Assembly (NCBI GenBank): GCA_048937405.1
Contig: JBHLNF010000009.1
Location: 1 to 64,000 of the forward strand
From: Promethearchaeota archaeon
Lineage (GTDB): Archaea; Asgardarchaeota; Lokiarchaeia; Sigyniarchaeales; SOKP01
Length of the DNA stretch: 64,000 nucleotides
Direction: 5' to 3'
Part shown: positions 8,557 to 18,641 of the stretch, piece after piece
Layout: each line of letters starts with the position of its first letter
How positions within the stretch are numbered: position 1 is the stretch's first letter
Notes under the pieces: model-generated
Told to the model about the DNA's origin: nothing
Database searches by the model: none
The model's input: only the letters and a program-made list of their open reading frames with translations
Translations under genes and position numbers: made by a program

Positions 8557-10053
8557 ATGCCTCGGGGAGGAGGTGGAGGATTTCGTGGTGGTGGAGGATT
8601 TCATGGAGGAGGATTTCGTGGAGGAGGATTTGGAGGTGGTTTACGTGGAGGAGGATTTAGCGGAGGATATAGGGGAGGTGGTTCTCGGGGTGGTACTCCA
8701 TTTGGGAGAACTGGTGCTACAAGAATAACATCAAGATCTCCAAGTGGACCTTATTCACATAGATATTACAGACCTCATCGGAGGTATTATAGACCATATT
8801 GGTGGTATTATCGACCATGGTATTATCGTTGGTGGTATTCACCTTGGTGGGCAGGGCATTATTATCGACCTTGGTATTATAGTCCTGTGTATATTGGGGG
8901 AGGAATATTATTCATGATAATACTAGCTTTAATAATACTTCCTGTAGCAGGGGTTGCATTTTCATATCCATTTAGTTATGCTGATGAGAATGGATATGTG
9001 AATTATCGTTCTACCGAAACGTTATATTTTAATGAATTTTGGTATGAATATGAGTATATAGAAGAAGGAAGTATAGAATACTCTGTTAGATCCTTAGGAA
9101 GTGAATTAACATTTGCGATATGGAATCAACCTTTTGAGAATCTTCCTACAACTACAGTATATAGTGATGTCGCAGATTCAATAACTCTTTCAACCAATAG
9201 ATATTGGACTGAATGGTGGTATTTAAGGACAGGTTCAATAATTCAATTTGAATTTACTGCAAGTGACCAAATTGATTTCTTTATTGCTGATGCTAATGAT
9301 TTTTATAATTGGGATCAAGGGGGTTCACCCTCATTTTATGTGAGTGAGACAAATGTCAATCATTCAAGCGGCAGTTTTACTGTTAGTATTTCACAAGATT
9401 ATTATATCATATGGTATAATGAACTAGGATCTTCTATTGATGTAGATTATACTATAAATTATATAGCAACGAATGTTATCGACTTTAGTGAAACATTTAC
9501 ACAAGAAATACAAGTAGGAGAAACTTTATCAGGTTCTTATAATGTACCTTCTTCAGGAAATTGGTATTTTTTTATCTATTTTGATCCAATGAAATCATCA
9601 TCAGAGACTACTACTATTACATTTGATGTGACATATAATACTGGAATAACCTCTCGAGAGCGTTGGCTGAATATTCAATGGATCTTAATCATTGTTCTTT
9701 TAATTATTGTTGTAGTAATATTTGCTGCAGTTATAGCGAGAAGAGGTCAAAAGAAGTTAAAACTTAAAGCACCTGAGCGAACACCAGCTAAATCTTCGCC
9801 ATATAAATCAACACCTGCTGAAACAACAATTGCTAAAACTCCTGAAAAAACCTTAAAATGTAAACGATGTAATGCACCGCTAAAACCAGATTCTAAATTT
9901 TGTACTAACTGTGGAGGGAAAATTGAAGGAAGAAAAATTGGTGTTCCCTCTGTCATTACTCCAGCTGAAGCAAAAACATGCACTCTATGCGGAAGTAAAC
10001 TTACTGGAACAGAAAAATTCTGTAAATGGTGTGGCACAAAAATAGAGCAATAA
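8557..10053 (+). CDS. Two-TM protein: N-terminal RGG/Gly-rich and Tyr/Trp/Arg-rich region, extracellular beta domain, C-terminal double zinc ribbon
   Basis: 6 RGG in the first 46 aa, 4x YYRP, TM, beta-rich domain, TM, CKRC/CTNC and CTLC/CKWC. Confidence 0.8.
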   Translation: MPRGGGGGFRGGGGFHGGGFRGGGFGGGLRGGGFSGGYRGGGSRGGTPFGRTGATRITSRSPSGPYSHRYYRPHRRYYRPYWWYYRPWYYRWWYSPWWAGHYYRPWYYSPVYIGGGILFMIILALIILPVAGVAFSYPFSYADENGYVNYRSTETLYFNEFWYEYEYIEEGSIEYSVRSLGSELTFAIWNQPFENLPTTTVYSDVADSITLSTNRYWTEWWYLRTGSIIQFEFTASDQIDFFIADANDFYNWDQGGSPSFYVSETNVNHSSGSFTVSISQDYYIIWYNELGSSIDVDYTINYIATNVIDFSETFTQEIQVGETLSGSYNVPSSGNWYFFIYFDPMKSSSETTTITFDVTYNTGITSRERWLNIQWILIIVLLIIVVVIFAAVIARRGQKKLKLKAPERTPAKSSPYKSTPAETTIAKTPEKTLKCKRCNAPLKPDSKFCTNCGGKIEGRKIGVPSVITPAEAKTCTLCGSKLTGTEKFCKWCGTKIEQ

Positions 10054-10120
10054 TATAATTAAATACAAATTTTTTTTTCTTTAAACTTTTAAATAGCTTT
10101 ATATAAAAGAAATGAATTTA

Positions 10121-10327
10121 TCATTCTAATTCCTGAGTAGCTTTCTCATCTGAATTATTTTTGAAAGAAGAATAGGCACCTTTTACCTCATTTATATCAA
10201 CTGTAACTACCGTATGACCTAAATGTATTTTTTCGAATTTTTTTATTTCTATTTGATTAATAGGATTTTCTGCATGAATTACGATGTATTCTTTGCACTT
10301 TATACAGGCACGAGCTCGAACACTCAT
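10121..10327 (-). CDS. Small putative Zn-binding protein
   Basis: CIKC...HLGH, 68 aa, isolated ORF. Confidence 0.6.
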   Translation of the reverse strand: MSVRARACIKCKEYIVIHAENPINQIEIKKFEKIHLGHTVVTVDINEVKGAYSSFKNNSDEKATQELE

Positions 10328-10495
10328 AATTATAATTCTTAATTTAGTATTATCCTATTTATAAAATAAATTAAAAATATATCAAATTTATGGTTTTAAA
10401 TTAAAAATTTTATATTATCTTTCAAATGTTTTTTTTTAATTATTAGAATTTTTTCATAGGCAATTCAATTTATATTTTCTTATTTTCTATTACAA

Positions 10496-12742
10496 TTAAA
10501 TTTCCATTAAGTTTGGAATTGTAGACTCAAAATTTTCTCTTAGTTTTTGAACTTCCAGATTAATATCTTTAGTTCTTAAACCCTTGATTATTATTTTAGG
10601 ATTAGAATTTAACACACCAATCTTTTTAATGTTAACATTATACTTTTCAGCTAATTTCAAAATTTTATCATAATCATTTGGGTCTGTCTCAATAATAAAT
10701 CTTCCATAAGATTCACTAAAAAGACACTCATCATCTCTTAACTCTTCATCAAAACAATTTTTTAGATTTAGTTCTGCTCCCAATTTATTCTTAAAACACA
10801 TTTCTGTTATAGTAATAAGAAATCCTCCTTTATTTACGTCATGGTTGGCTTTAACAATTCCGTTTCTATATAATTCAAATAAAAAATCCCAAGTAGCCTT
10901 GATTTTTACCTCATCTACTTTTGGAGGAATACCTCCCTCAACACCATAGATTACTGATTGATATTCTGATCCTCCTAATTCTGCTTTAGTCTCTCCTACT
11001 AAAAAGATATCATTTCCTGAATTTTTAAATGGAAGTGTAATGATATTTTCTTGACCTTCAATAAGACCAATAATCATTATCATGGGTGTAGCTTTAATCG
11101 CAGTTTTTTTAACCTCATCTTCATTATAGAAAGATACATTTCCACCAACTATAGGAATTCTCATATTCCTACAAAATTCATTCATACCATCGACAGCCTT
11201 AGAAAAATACCAAAAAGATTCTGGTAATTCTGGATTTCCAAAATTGCAACAGTTAACCATTGCCATTGGTTTTGCTCCATTTGCAATAATGTTTCCACAT
11301 TCTTCAACTAATCCTCCCTTAACACCATTGTAAGGATCTAAAAAACAGTGTTTCGAATTAACCCCTACACTAGCAGAAATGAATTTATCCGTACCAATGA
11401 TTCTAAGTACACCTGAATCTCCTTCTCCACATTTTACAACTGATCTAATCCCAACTTCGTGATCATATTGCCGGTAAATCCATTCTTTACTGCAAATATT
11501 TTCTGAAGCAATTAACGTATAGATTATCTCATCTAATCCTATTGTTGGTTCTGGTATTTTTTGAGACAATAATTCATCTAAATAGGATGGTCGTTTTTCT
11601 TCCCTTTTAAAAGTTGGTGATTCGGAAAGGGCTTTAGCAGGTATATTTACCACTAGATTATTTCCCTCAAATACTTTAAGAACCTTTGAATCATCAGTTC
11701 TTCCAATTACAGCAAAAGCCATTTCATATTTTCTAAATACATCAAGAACAGTTTCTAATCCTTCTGGTTTTACTATGAATGCCATTCTTTCCTGTGATTC
11801 TGAAAGCATTATCTCATAAGAGTTCATTCCTGGTTCTCGTGTAAAAACCTTTCTTAAATCTATTTCTCCTCCCGTATTCCCATCCCCTGTTAATTCACTT
11901 GTGGCACAGGTTAAACCACCCCCACCAAGATCCTTTAATCCTCTTACGAACCCTGTTTTTACTGCTTCTAATGTGGCTTCAATAATCAATTTCTTAGTAA
12001 AAGGATCCCCAATTTGAACAGCAGGTCTATCAGCTTCAGACATATCTGTTAATGTACGAGATGCGAATGTAACACCGTGAATCCCATCTCTACCGGTAGA
12101 TCCCCCCATTAATATAATATAATCACCAGGATTATACGCTCGACTAGGAGCATGCCTAAAATCTTCTATTGTGCCCAATCCAATACAAGCAACGTTTACT
12201 AGACAATTACTTTCAAAACTTTCATCAAATTCGACTTCACCACCTACAGTAGGAATTCCTGTACAATTGCCATAGTCACCTATACCTTTTACCACATATT
12301 TGAATAACCACTGGGAGTGTGGATTATTTTTTAACTTACCAAATCTTAAAGGGTCTAATAGTGCGATTGGCCGTACTCCCATACAAAGAATATCTCTAAT
12401 AATACCTCCGATCCCTGTTGCTGCCCCATGATAAGGTTCAATAGCTGATGGATGGTTATGAGATTCAATTCTGAAAGCTAATGCATATCCATCTCCAATA
12501 TCGATTACTCCCGCATCTTGTCCAGGACCTGCCAATACGTAATCATAATTCTTCTCAGCATCCTCAAACAATCTCAGTTTTGGGCGTGATGATTTGTAAG
12601 AACAATGTTCACTCCACATTACATCAAACATCCCTAATTCCGTAATATTTGGCTCTCTTCCTAATAATTTCTTGACATTTTCATATTCATCACTAGTCAT
12701 TTCCACATCTACATTTTCACCATTAACATATACCTTTGTCAT
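10496..12742 (-). CDS. purL: Phosphoribosylformylglycinamidine synthase subunit PurL
   Basis: MWSEHCSYKSS, ESHNHPS, DLGGGGL, SESQERM. Confidence 0.97.
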   Translation of the reverse strand: MTKVYVNGENVDVEMTSDEYENVKKLLGREPNITELGMFDVMWSEHCSYKSSRPKLRLFEDAEKNYDYVLAGPGQDAGVIDIGDGYALAFRIESHNHPSAIEPYHGAATGIGGIIRDILCMGVRPIALLDPLRFGKLKNNPHSQWLFKYVVKGIGDYGNCTGIPTVGGEVEFDESFESNCLVNVACIGLGTIEDFRHAPSRAYNPGDYIILMGGSTGRDGIHGVTFASRTLTDMSEADRPAVQIGDPFTKKLIIEATLEAVKTGFVRGLKDLGGGGLTCATSELTGDGNTGGEIDLRKVFTREPGMNSYEIMLSESQERMAFIVKPEGLETVLDVFRKYEMAFAVIGRTDDSKVLKVFEGNNLVVNIPAKALSESPTFKREEKRPSYLDELLSQKIPEPTIGLDEIIYTLIASENICSKEWIYRQYDHEVGIRSVVKCGEGDSGVLRIIGTDKFISASVGVNSKHCFLDPYNGVKGGLVEECGNIIANGAKPMAMVNCCNFGNPELPESFWYFSKAVDGMNEFCRNMRIPIVGGNVSFYNEDEVKKTAIKATPMIMIIGLIEGQENIITLPFKNSGNDIFLVGETKAELGGSEYQSVIYGVEGGIPPKVDEVKIKATWDFLFELYRNGIVKANHDVNKGGFLITITEMCFKNKLGAELNLKNCFDEELRDDECLFSESYGRFIIETDPNDYDKILKLAEKYNVNIKKIGVLNSNPKIIIKGLRTKDINLEVQKLRENFESTIPNLMEI

Positions 12743-13452
12743 TAAGATAACCTCCGTTTAATAAATTCAATCATAGATTTAAAAAACAATTGTCCATGTG
12801 TAGTACCTTTTGGACTTAATATTGCTTCTGAGGCACGTTCAGGGTGAGGCATTAATCCTATACAATTTTGCTCTAAATTGCAGACACCTGCGATATTTTC
12901 TAATGAGCCGTTCGGATTTGCTTCTTCTGTTAATTCTCCTTCTTCAGTAGAATATCTGAATACAATCTGGTTATTTTCTTCTAATTCTTTTAAATTATTA
13001 GCATAATACCGACCTTCGCCATGGGCAATAGGAATGGTAATTATATCACCTAAATTCATTTTATTTGTAAAAGCAGTTTTATTATTCTCAACCCTCAAAT
13101 TTACCCATTTGCAAGCAAATTTGAGTGAAGCATTCTGTAATAATGCACCTGGAAGAAATTGAGATTCTGTTAGCACTTGAAATCCATTACAAATTCCAAT
13201 TACAGGTCTTCCATCTTTTAACATTATTCTTGCTTCATCAATTGCGGGGCTATGAGCAGCAATAATTCCTGCTCTCAAATAATCTCCAAATGCAAATCCT
13301 CCAGGTAATACCACTCCATCATATTTCTCTTCTTTGAAGTGATTATGCCATACTAAATCCGTTTTAACATTAATCACATTATTTAGAACGTGTATAGCAT
13401 CTAAATCGCAATTAGCACCCGGAAATTGAATCACAGCTATTCTAATATTCAT
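12742..13452 (-). CDS. purQ: FGAM synthase glutaminase subunit PurQ
   Basis: FPGANCD, GICNGFQ, AHGEG, MPHPER; TAATG overlap with purL. Confidence 0.97.
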   Translation of the reverse strand: MNIRIAVIQFPGANCDLDAIHVLNNVINVKTDLVWHNHFKEEKYDGVVLPGGFAFGDYLRAGIIAAHSPAIDEARIMLKDGRPVIGICNGFQVLTESQFLPGALLQNASLKFACKWVNLRVENNKTAFTNKMNLGDIITIPIAHGEGRYYANNLKELEENNQIVFRYSTEEGELTEEANPNGSLENIAGVCNLEQNCIGLMPHPERASEAILSPKGTTHGQLFFKSMIEFIKRRLS

Positions 13453-13718
13453 AATTTCGATACTTTCAAAATTGTTAGATTTTGAGTTACTGGATTAAAA
13501 ATTCGTAGATCATTGCACATTTTTTCTACTATTTCCTTAGCTTTATTTTCATCATCAGCTTTAAGACTAATTCTCAAAAATTGTCCTGAACGAACATTGA
13601 AAATCATATCATATCCTTTTTTCGCTAAAAGATCTTTTTGGATTGTAGCTCCTACTGGATCTTTTGCAGCAGGTTTATTCATTAAAGTTATTTCTACTTC
13701 GAATTCTTGGCTAACCAT
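13449..13718 (-). CDS. purS: FGAM synthase subunit PurS
   Basis: DPVGATI...VRSG...MCNDLRIFNPV; ATGA overlap with purQ. Confidence 0.93.
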   Translation of the reverse strand: MVSQEFEVEITLMNKPAAKDPVGATIQKDLLAKKGYDMIFNVRSGQFLRISLKADDENKAKEIVEKMCNDLRIFNPVTQNLTILKVSKL

Positions 13719-13943
13719 TTGTAAAAAAAGAAGTTATATATATTTTTATTAGTTCTTATTAACTTAAAAATAATGTTCATCGACAAAAACGACAATAACT
13801 AGTTTTTCCTCTAATTTATTTATGAAACTATTGTCAATTAAAACCAAAATTTCTTAGAGAAAAAAGAATACTGAGTTAGAATTTATAGTATTATAAAATT
13901 GAAAATTTCTAAGTTAATAAAAATATTCTAAAAGATAATTATT

Positions 13944-14147
13944 TCACATATAAAATAAACTATTAAACACAGCTATGACTAATGCCAAAAGCCCAAATAA
14001 TAGAGCATATCGACTCCGTTTGGGTATAAATGTACCTTTCAAATCTTCATTTTTATCTCCAACATAACTTTTGATATCAAGCATAACAAATACAAATGAA
14101 GAAATAAATAATGCAACATCAATAAATAAAAGAATTAAGTCAAACAT
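13944..14147 (-). CDS. Small 2-TM hypothetical protein
   Basis: Two hydrophobic helices, 67 aa. Confidence 0.5.
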   Translation of the reverse strand: MFDLILLFIDVALFISSFVFVMLDIKSYVGDKNEDLKGTFIPKRSRYALLFGLLALVIAVFNSLFYM

Positions 14148-14192
14148 ATTACGAAAAAATACTATATTAATTATTTAAATTTTTCTTAAATG

Positions 14193-15170
14193 TTATAAGT
14201 AATTAGTTTTTTTCAAATTTTCATAAATTCTCTTTTTAACATCTGAAATTTCCGCTTTAAATTCTAATCCAGTAATTTTCTTATAGCTTCGCATATATCT
14301 TTTAGCTAATTCTATTTTAATATCTTCTAATATTGGAGGAATTTCTTCATCTGGTTTAATATTCGGAAATATATCTGGATAAGTTTTCATTAACCATCCT
14401 CTAAAGATTTCCTTGTCTAATATTTCAGGATCGTTTCCTTTTTCAAAGTTTTCTTGATAAGAATCGAGAATCCAAAATCGAGAAGAGTCCTGAGTATGAA
14501 TTTCATCAATAACCATCAATTCACCTTCCTTTAATCCAAATTCATATTTAGTGTCAACTAAAATAAGACCATTTTTTTCACAATATTTTTGTCCAAAAGT
14601 AAATAACTTAAGTGCGGCTTCTTCCATCTTTTCATAAACTTCCTTATCAACTAATCTTTGATTCAGAATATCTTCCTTGGAAAGATATATATCATGCCCT
14701 GATTCTTCTTTTGTAGAGGGTGTTATTATTACATCATCAAATTTCTGATTTCTTTTCATTCCTTTTGATGGCATTATGCCCGAAGTAGATTTTCCTTTAT
14801 TATAATCACGCCACATACTTCCAGTTAAATAACTCCTTATAACCATTTCAACTGGGACAGTCTTACATTGATGAACAACAGAAACATTAGGATCTGGAAC
14901 ATCTATAATATGATTTTTCACAATATTCTTTGTCTTTTCAAACCAAAAGGATGAAACCTGATTTAACATTTGCCCTTTGAATGGAATTGTTGTTATTACC
15001 CTATCAAAAGCACTCAGTCTGTCAGTTGCAATTATTATTCTTATATTATCTTTTGTATAATTATCTCTTACTTTACCCCTATATAATTCTCCTAAATTAG
15101 AAAAATGAGTTTCATTAAGAGTATAGTTCAGTTGTTCTCTAATTATTTCATCAATATTCTTTGTAACCAT
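14193..15170 (-). CDS. purC: SAICAR synthetase
   Basis: GKVRD, ATDRLSAFD, TPSTK, LVDTKYEFG, DEIHTQDSSRFW. Confidence 0.96.
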   Translation of the reverse strand: MVTKNIDEIIREQLNYTLNETHFSNLGELYRGKVRDNYTKDNIRIIIATDRLSAFDRVITTIPFKGQMLNQVSSFWFEKTKNIVKNHIIDVPDPNVSVVHQCKTVPVEMVIRSYLTGSMWRDYNKGKSTSGIMPSKGMKRNQKFDDVIITPSTKEESGHDIYLSKEDILNQRLVDKEVYEKMEEAALKLFTFGQKYCEKNGLILVDTKYEFGLKEGELMVIDEIHTQDSSRFWILDSYQENFEKGNDPEILDKEIFRGWLMKTYPDIFPNIKPDEEIPPILEDIKIELAKRYMRSYKKITGLEFKAEISDVKKRIYENLKKTNYL

Positions 15171-15232
15171 GATAAATAATAAAAGAAAAAATCATAAAAA
15201 TAATTATTATTAATAAAAAAATAATCATTTAT

Positions 15233-15709
15233 TCAATCTAAATCAACCGAGCTTCCACATTTATTGCATCTCTTCGCAGCTCGGAATAAGGTGTTATTAC
15301 ATTCAGGACAACGGTATCTTTTTTCCTCTTCTTCTACCCACTTCTTAGTTCCTATTTCTTTCCATCGAGGTATTGCTCTAAGAATTACTTTTTTAGCCAC
15401 AGGAATAGGAAAACGATCAATATATTTGCATGGAAAATCATCACACTGATAACAACCCTCAAATCCCTTATTTTTAACACAATTTCTAATTCCACATAAC
15501 TTACAATATCCAAATATATTTTCCTCATTTTCTGATTGACATCCTTTGCATTTAATTCCTTCAACTGAATTAGGAATGGGTTTATAAATATCTACAAGTT
15601 TTTCTTTAAACTTAATATTATCATCTCTATCAGCTATATACACGGCGCACACACCACAATACAATCCACATGGAGCTAAGAGAGATTTATTTATATCTGA
15701 CATTTTCAA
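15233..15709 (-). CDS. DUF3795-like Cys-rich protein with zinc ribbon
   Basis: APCGLYCGVC, CKGC, CGIRNC, CYQCDDFPC, CPEC, CNKC. Confidence 0.75.
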   Translation of the reverse strand: MKMSDINKSLLAPCGLYCGVCAVYIADRDDNIKFKEKLVDIYKPIPNSVEGIKCKGCQSENEENIFGYCKLCGIRNCVKNKGFEGCYQCDDFPCKYIDRFPIPVAKKVILRAIPRWKEIGTKKWVEEEEKRYRCPECNNTLFRAAKRCNKCGSSVDLD

Positions 15710-15720
15710 CTCTTTTTTTT

Positions 15721-16095
15721 TTATTTCTTATAATAAGTTCCATTATTGAATTCTATACTTGAATACTTTTTTTTATTTTTTTCCATTTTTTTTATAAATA
15801 TTTGGCTTAAATCTAAATCTAAAGCATTAATCAAACTTATAAGATAGATAAAAACATCTGCAATTTCATCAGATATGTTAGAGAGAAGTTTTTTATTACT
15901 CCAAATCTCCTCTATCTTGTAATCTTTGAATAGTAATAGTTGTGATAATTCTCCCGCTTCACAATTTATTGCTTGAACCAAATTTTTAGGAGAGTGATAT
16001 TTTCTCCAATTACGTTCCTCTACAAACTTTTTTACTTGATGTTTAAAAAATGAAACTGAGGTAGAGTGGTCATTATATTTATCATTTACATTCAT
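15721..16095 (-). CDS. MazG-like nucleotide pyrophosphohydrolase (dCTPP1 type)
   Basis: ERNWRKYHSPKNL...EAGEL...DEIADV...KMEKNKKKY. Confidence 0.9.
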   Translation of the reverse strand: MNVNDKYNDHSTSVSFFKHQVKKFVEERNWRKYHSPKNLVQAINCEAGELSQLLLFKDYKIEEIWSNKKLLSNISDEIADVFIYLISLINALDLDLSQIFIKKMEKNKKKYSSIEFNNGTYYKK

Positions 16096-16136
16096 AATGA
16101 GTTATAATAAAGATATTTAATGAAATTTATATTCTA

Positions 16137-16970
16137 TTACTTAATCTTTCTAATAAAATTACATATTAATTCATTAACTACTTCTTTTCTTTGAGCTGGA
16201 GCAAAATGACCTGCCATATCAATTATTTCTAATGTGGAATGAGGAATCATCTCGTGTAATTTTTCGGACATTTGTTCTGGGGCAAAATTATCAAGTCTTC
16301 CTCCGATTATTAAAGTCGGGCATTTAATGATAGGATGATATTCTTTAATTTCATGAATCATCCGGAAAATTTGATCTTCAATTTGCATATATAATTGGTC
16401 TTTAGTTAGATTCAATCCTGGTAAGGTATCTGCCAAAGCTGTTATTATATAAGGAATTGTTTTATCTAACATTTTTTCGACTGAATTTGCCACTACATCC
16501 AGAAAGTTCATTCGAATAAAATATGGGAGTAAATTATAAAAAATATTTCTAATAACATTATCGATCATAATATATCCTGAATTCAATAGGATTAAAAATT
16601 TGATTTCTGATGGATGTTTTATTGTATACAGCTGACCAATCATTCCACCAACTAAAGAATGTCCAATTATACCATATTGTTCATGTATATCCAAATATCT
16701 CAGAAGATCTTCTAAATCTCTTATAATATCATGTCTTAGATTTTTAGTAAGATTGATCTTTTTTGGATGGTCACTTCTTCCATGCCCTAATGCGTCAAAT
16801 GCAATAATTCGATAATTCTCTTTTAAAATCTTTATTTGTGCCTTAAAAAAAGAAGCAGATGAAGCAAATCCATGAAGTAAAATAATGGTACACCTCTTTG
16901 AATCTGGATTTATGTTTTCATAGTATAAATTGTAACCCTCTTGGTTCTTGAAATAAGGCATGTGAGTCAA
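16137..16970 (-). CDS. Alpha/beta hydrolase
   Basis: LLHGF, DALGHGRS, GHSLVGG, GRLD, AGH. Confidence 0.85.
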   Translation of the reverse strand: MTHMPYFKNQEGYNLYYENINPDSKRCTIILLHGFASSASFFKAQIKILKENYRIIAFDALGHGRSDHPKKINLTKNLRHDIIRDLEDLLRYLDIHEQYGIIGHSLVGGMIGQLYTIKHPSEIKFLILLNSGYIMIDNVIRNIFYNLLPYFIRMNFLDVVANSVEKMLDKTIPYIITALADTLPGLNLTKDQLYMQIEDQIFRMIHEIKEYHPIIKCPTLIIGGRLDNFAPEQMSEKLHEMIPHSTLEIIDMAGHFAPAQRKEVVNELICNFIRKIK

Positions 16971-17150
16971 AGATTTATAATATTCTATAATTTTTGAAAT
17001 AAAAGATTCAAAAAATACTTTTCTAAATTTACAAATAAATAGATATATTGATTGCTTATGGAGAATTTTATACTTTTTTAAATCTTATTGAATTATATTC
17101 GTAATTAATATCTAAAATCTTAAGATAAAACAGAATAGTTCTAAAAATAG

Positions 17151-18611
17151 CTAAAGATCCTTAGTTACCCTTTTATTACCATATATTTCTAATAACACTG
17201 GCATAAATATTCTATTTAATTTCTTATATACTCTATTATTTTCTTTAATCAGATTTTTAACAATTGGAAATCTAACCATTTTTTCAATAGCTTTTTCTAT
17301 AGAATCAAACTTTTTACAACCTAAAAATCCTAAAATAGCCGCTCCCATAGCGGCACCATCTTTAACTTCTGGAACTAATATTGGTTTTGCAATGACATCC
17401 GCAAAAATTTGAGTCCATAAATCACTATTCATTGCTCCGCCATCAACTCTCAATTCCCTAGTTTTTGCCCCTCCCATTCCTTCTGTCAATTGAAGATACA
17501 TTTGAGCAGCTAGGGCAGCAGATTCCATAATTGCTCGTACCATATGTGCTCTAGTATGATTCCAACCCAAACCATGAAGAACACCTTTTCGGAATATACA
17601 TAATTCAGGTAAAAATAACAGTCCTTCACTTCCTGGTTGTATCTGTGCTGCTTCTGCAGCCAACATATCATAGATATTTATGTTCTTTTCTTGACTTTCC
17701 TTAATTTGTAGTTGTGAGAAATTTTCGGCAAACCATTTTAATGCTGTACCAGTTCCAGGGGCAATACCCTCAATATTCCATTTCCCTTTTATTACAGAAG
17801 GTAATGAAAAAATAGGAAAATCTCCAGCAGGTTCTATGGGTTTATCTACAACATAGTCAACAAAAGTCCCAGTCCCAGTAGTCGCTTTAGCTTGCCCTGG
17901 ATTTATAACTCCTAAACCTAATGATGAACATTGCTGATCTCCACCACCTAATATTACAGGAATACTCTTTTTTAAACCTAATGTGTCTGCAGCATTGCTA
18001 GATAATTCACCAATGATTTCACCAGGCAAATGTACTTCTGGCCATAAATCTATTGGCAAATCAAATGATTCTGATAAGTCTTCATCCCATTTAAGAGTGG
18101 TTTTATTTAAAATCCCAAAAATACCATTTGTAGGGTCTGTAACACATTCATCGCACAATTTCAAATAGATATAAGTATCGGGGTGGATAATTTTATCAAC
18201 TTTATCAAATAATTCTGGTTTATTTTTCTTTATCCATAGAATTTTAGGAATTGATCTTCTAAGATCAACCTCTCTTTTCCACTCAATTGCCGTAGTTTCT
18301 TGTCTTTCATCCATCCAGGTTAAAGCAGGATGTAATATTTCCCCTTTTTTATCTATAATCGTAACTGTACTGCGAAAAAATGTTGCGGAAATCCCTATAA
18401 TATTTTCAGAATTTATTTTTTTCATCACTTTATTACATGTATTTCTTATAGCATTCCACCATATTCTTGGATCCTGTTCAGAAATACCAATAGGTTGCTT
18501 TACTAATGGATATTCCTCGTAAGCTCTCGCGATTACTTTACCATTATCGTCAATTATTATTGACCTTGCTCCAGTTGTACCACAATCAAATACACAAATC
18601 AAATTTCTCAT
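17151..18611 (-). CDS. FGGY-family carbohydrate kinase
   Basis: DCGTTGAR, WMDER, GGGDQQ, TTGTG, DGGAMNSDLWTQIFADV. Confidence 0.9.
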   Translation of the reverse strand: MRNLICVFDCGTTGARSIIIDDNGKVIARAYEEYPLVKQPIGISEQDPRIWWNAIRNTCNKVMKKINSENIIGISATFFRSTVTIIDKKGEILHPALTWMDERQETTAIEWKREVDLRRSIPKILWIKKNKPELFDKVDKIIHPDTYIYLKLCDECVTDPTNGIFGILNKTTLKWDEDLSESFDLPIDLWPEVHLPGEIIGELSSNAADTLGLKKSIPVILGGGDQQCSSLGLGVINPGQAKATTGTGTFVDYVVDKPIEPAGDFPIFSLPSVIKGKWNIEGIAPGTGTALKWFAENFSQLQIKESQEKNINIYDMLAAEAAQIQPGSEGLLFLPELCIFRKGVLHGLGWNHTRAHMVRAIMESAALAAQMYLQLTEGMGGAKTRELRVDGGAMNSDLWTQIFADVIAKPILVPEVKDGAAMGAAILGFLGCKKFDSIEKAIEKMVRFPIVKNLIKENNRVYKKLNRIFMPVLLEIYGNKRVTKDL

Positions 18612-18641
18612 AAACTCACCTTTCAGATTTTTCTATCCATA

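Noticed and set aside
8560-8700. GGAGGAGGATTT DNA repeats as CRISPR or satellite
   Set aside because: No spacers; fully explained by Gly-Gly-Gly-Phe coding
9747-10037. Short antisense or alternate-frame ORFs here and elsewhere (e.g. 13513, 22092, 26041, 38509, 42917, 53915, 56586, 58805)
   Set aside because: They overlap well-supported genes and have no motifs
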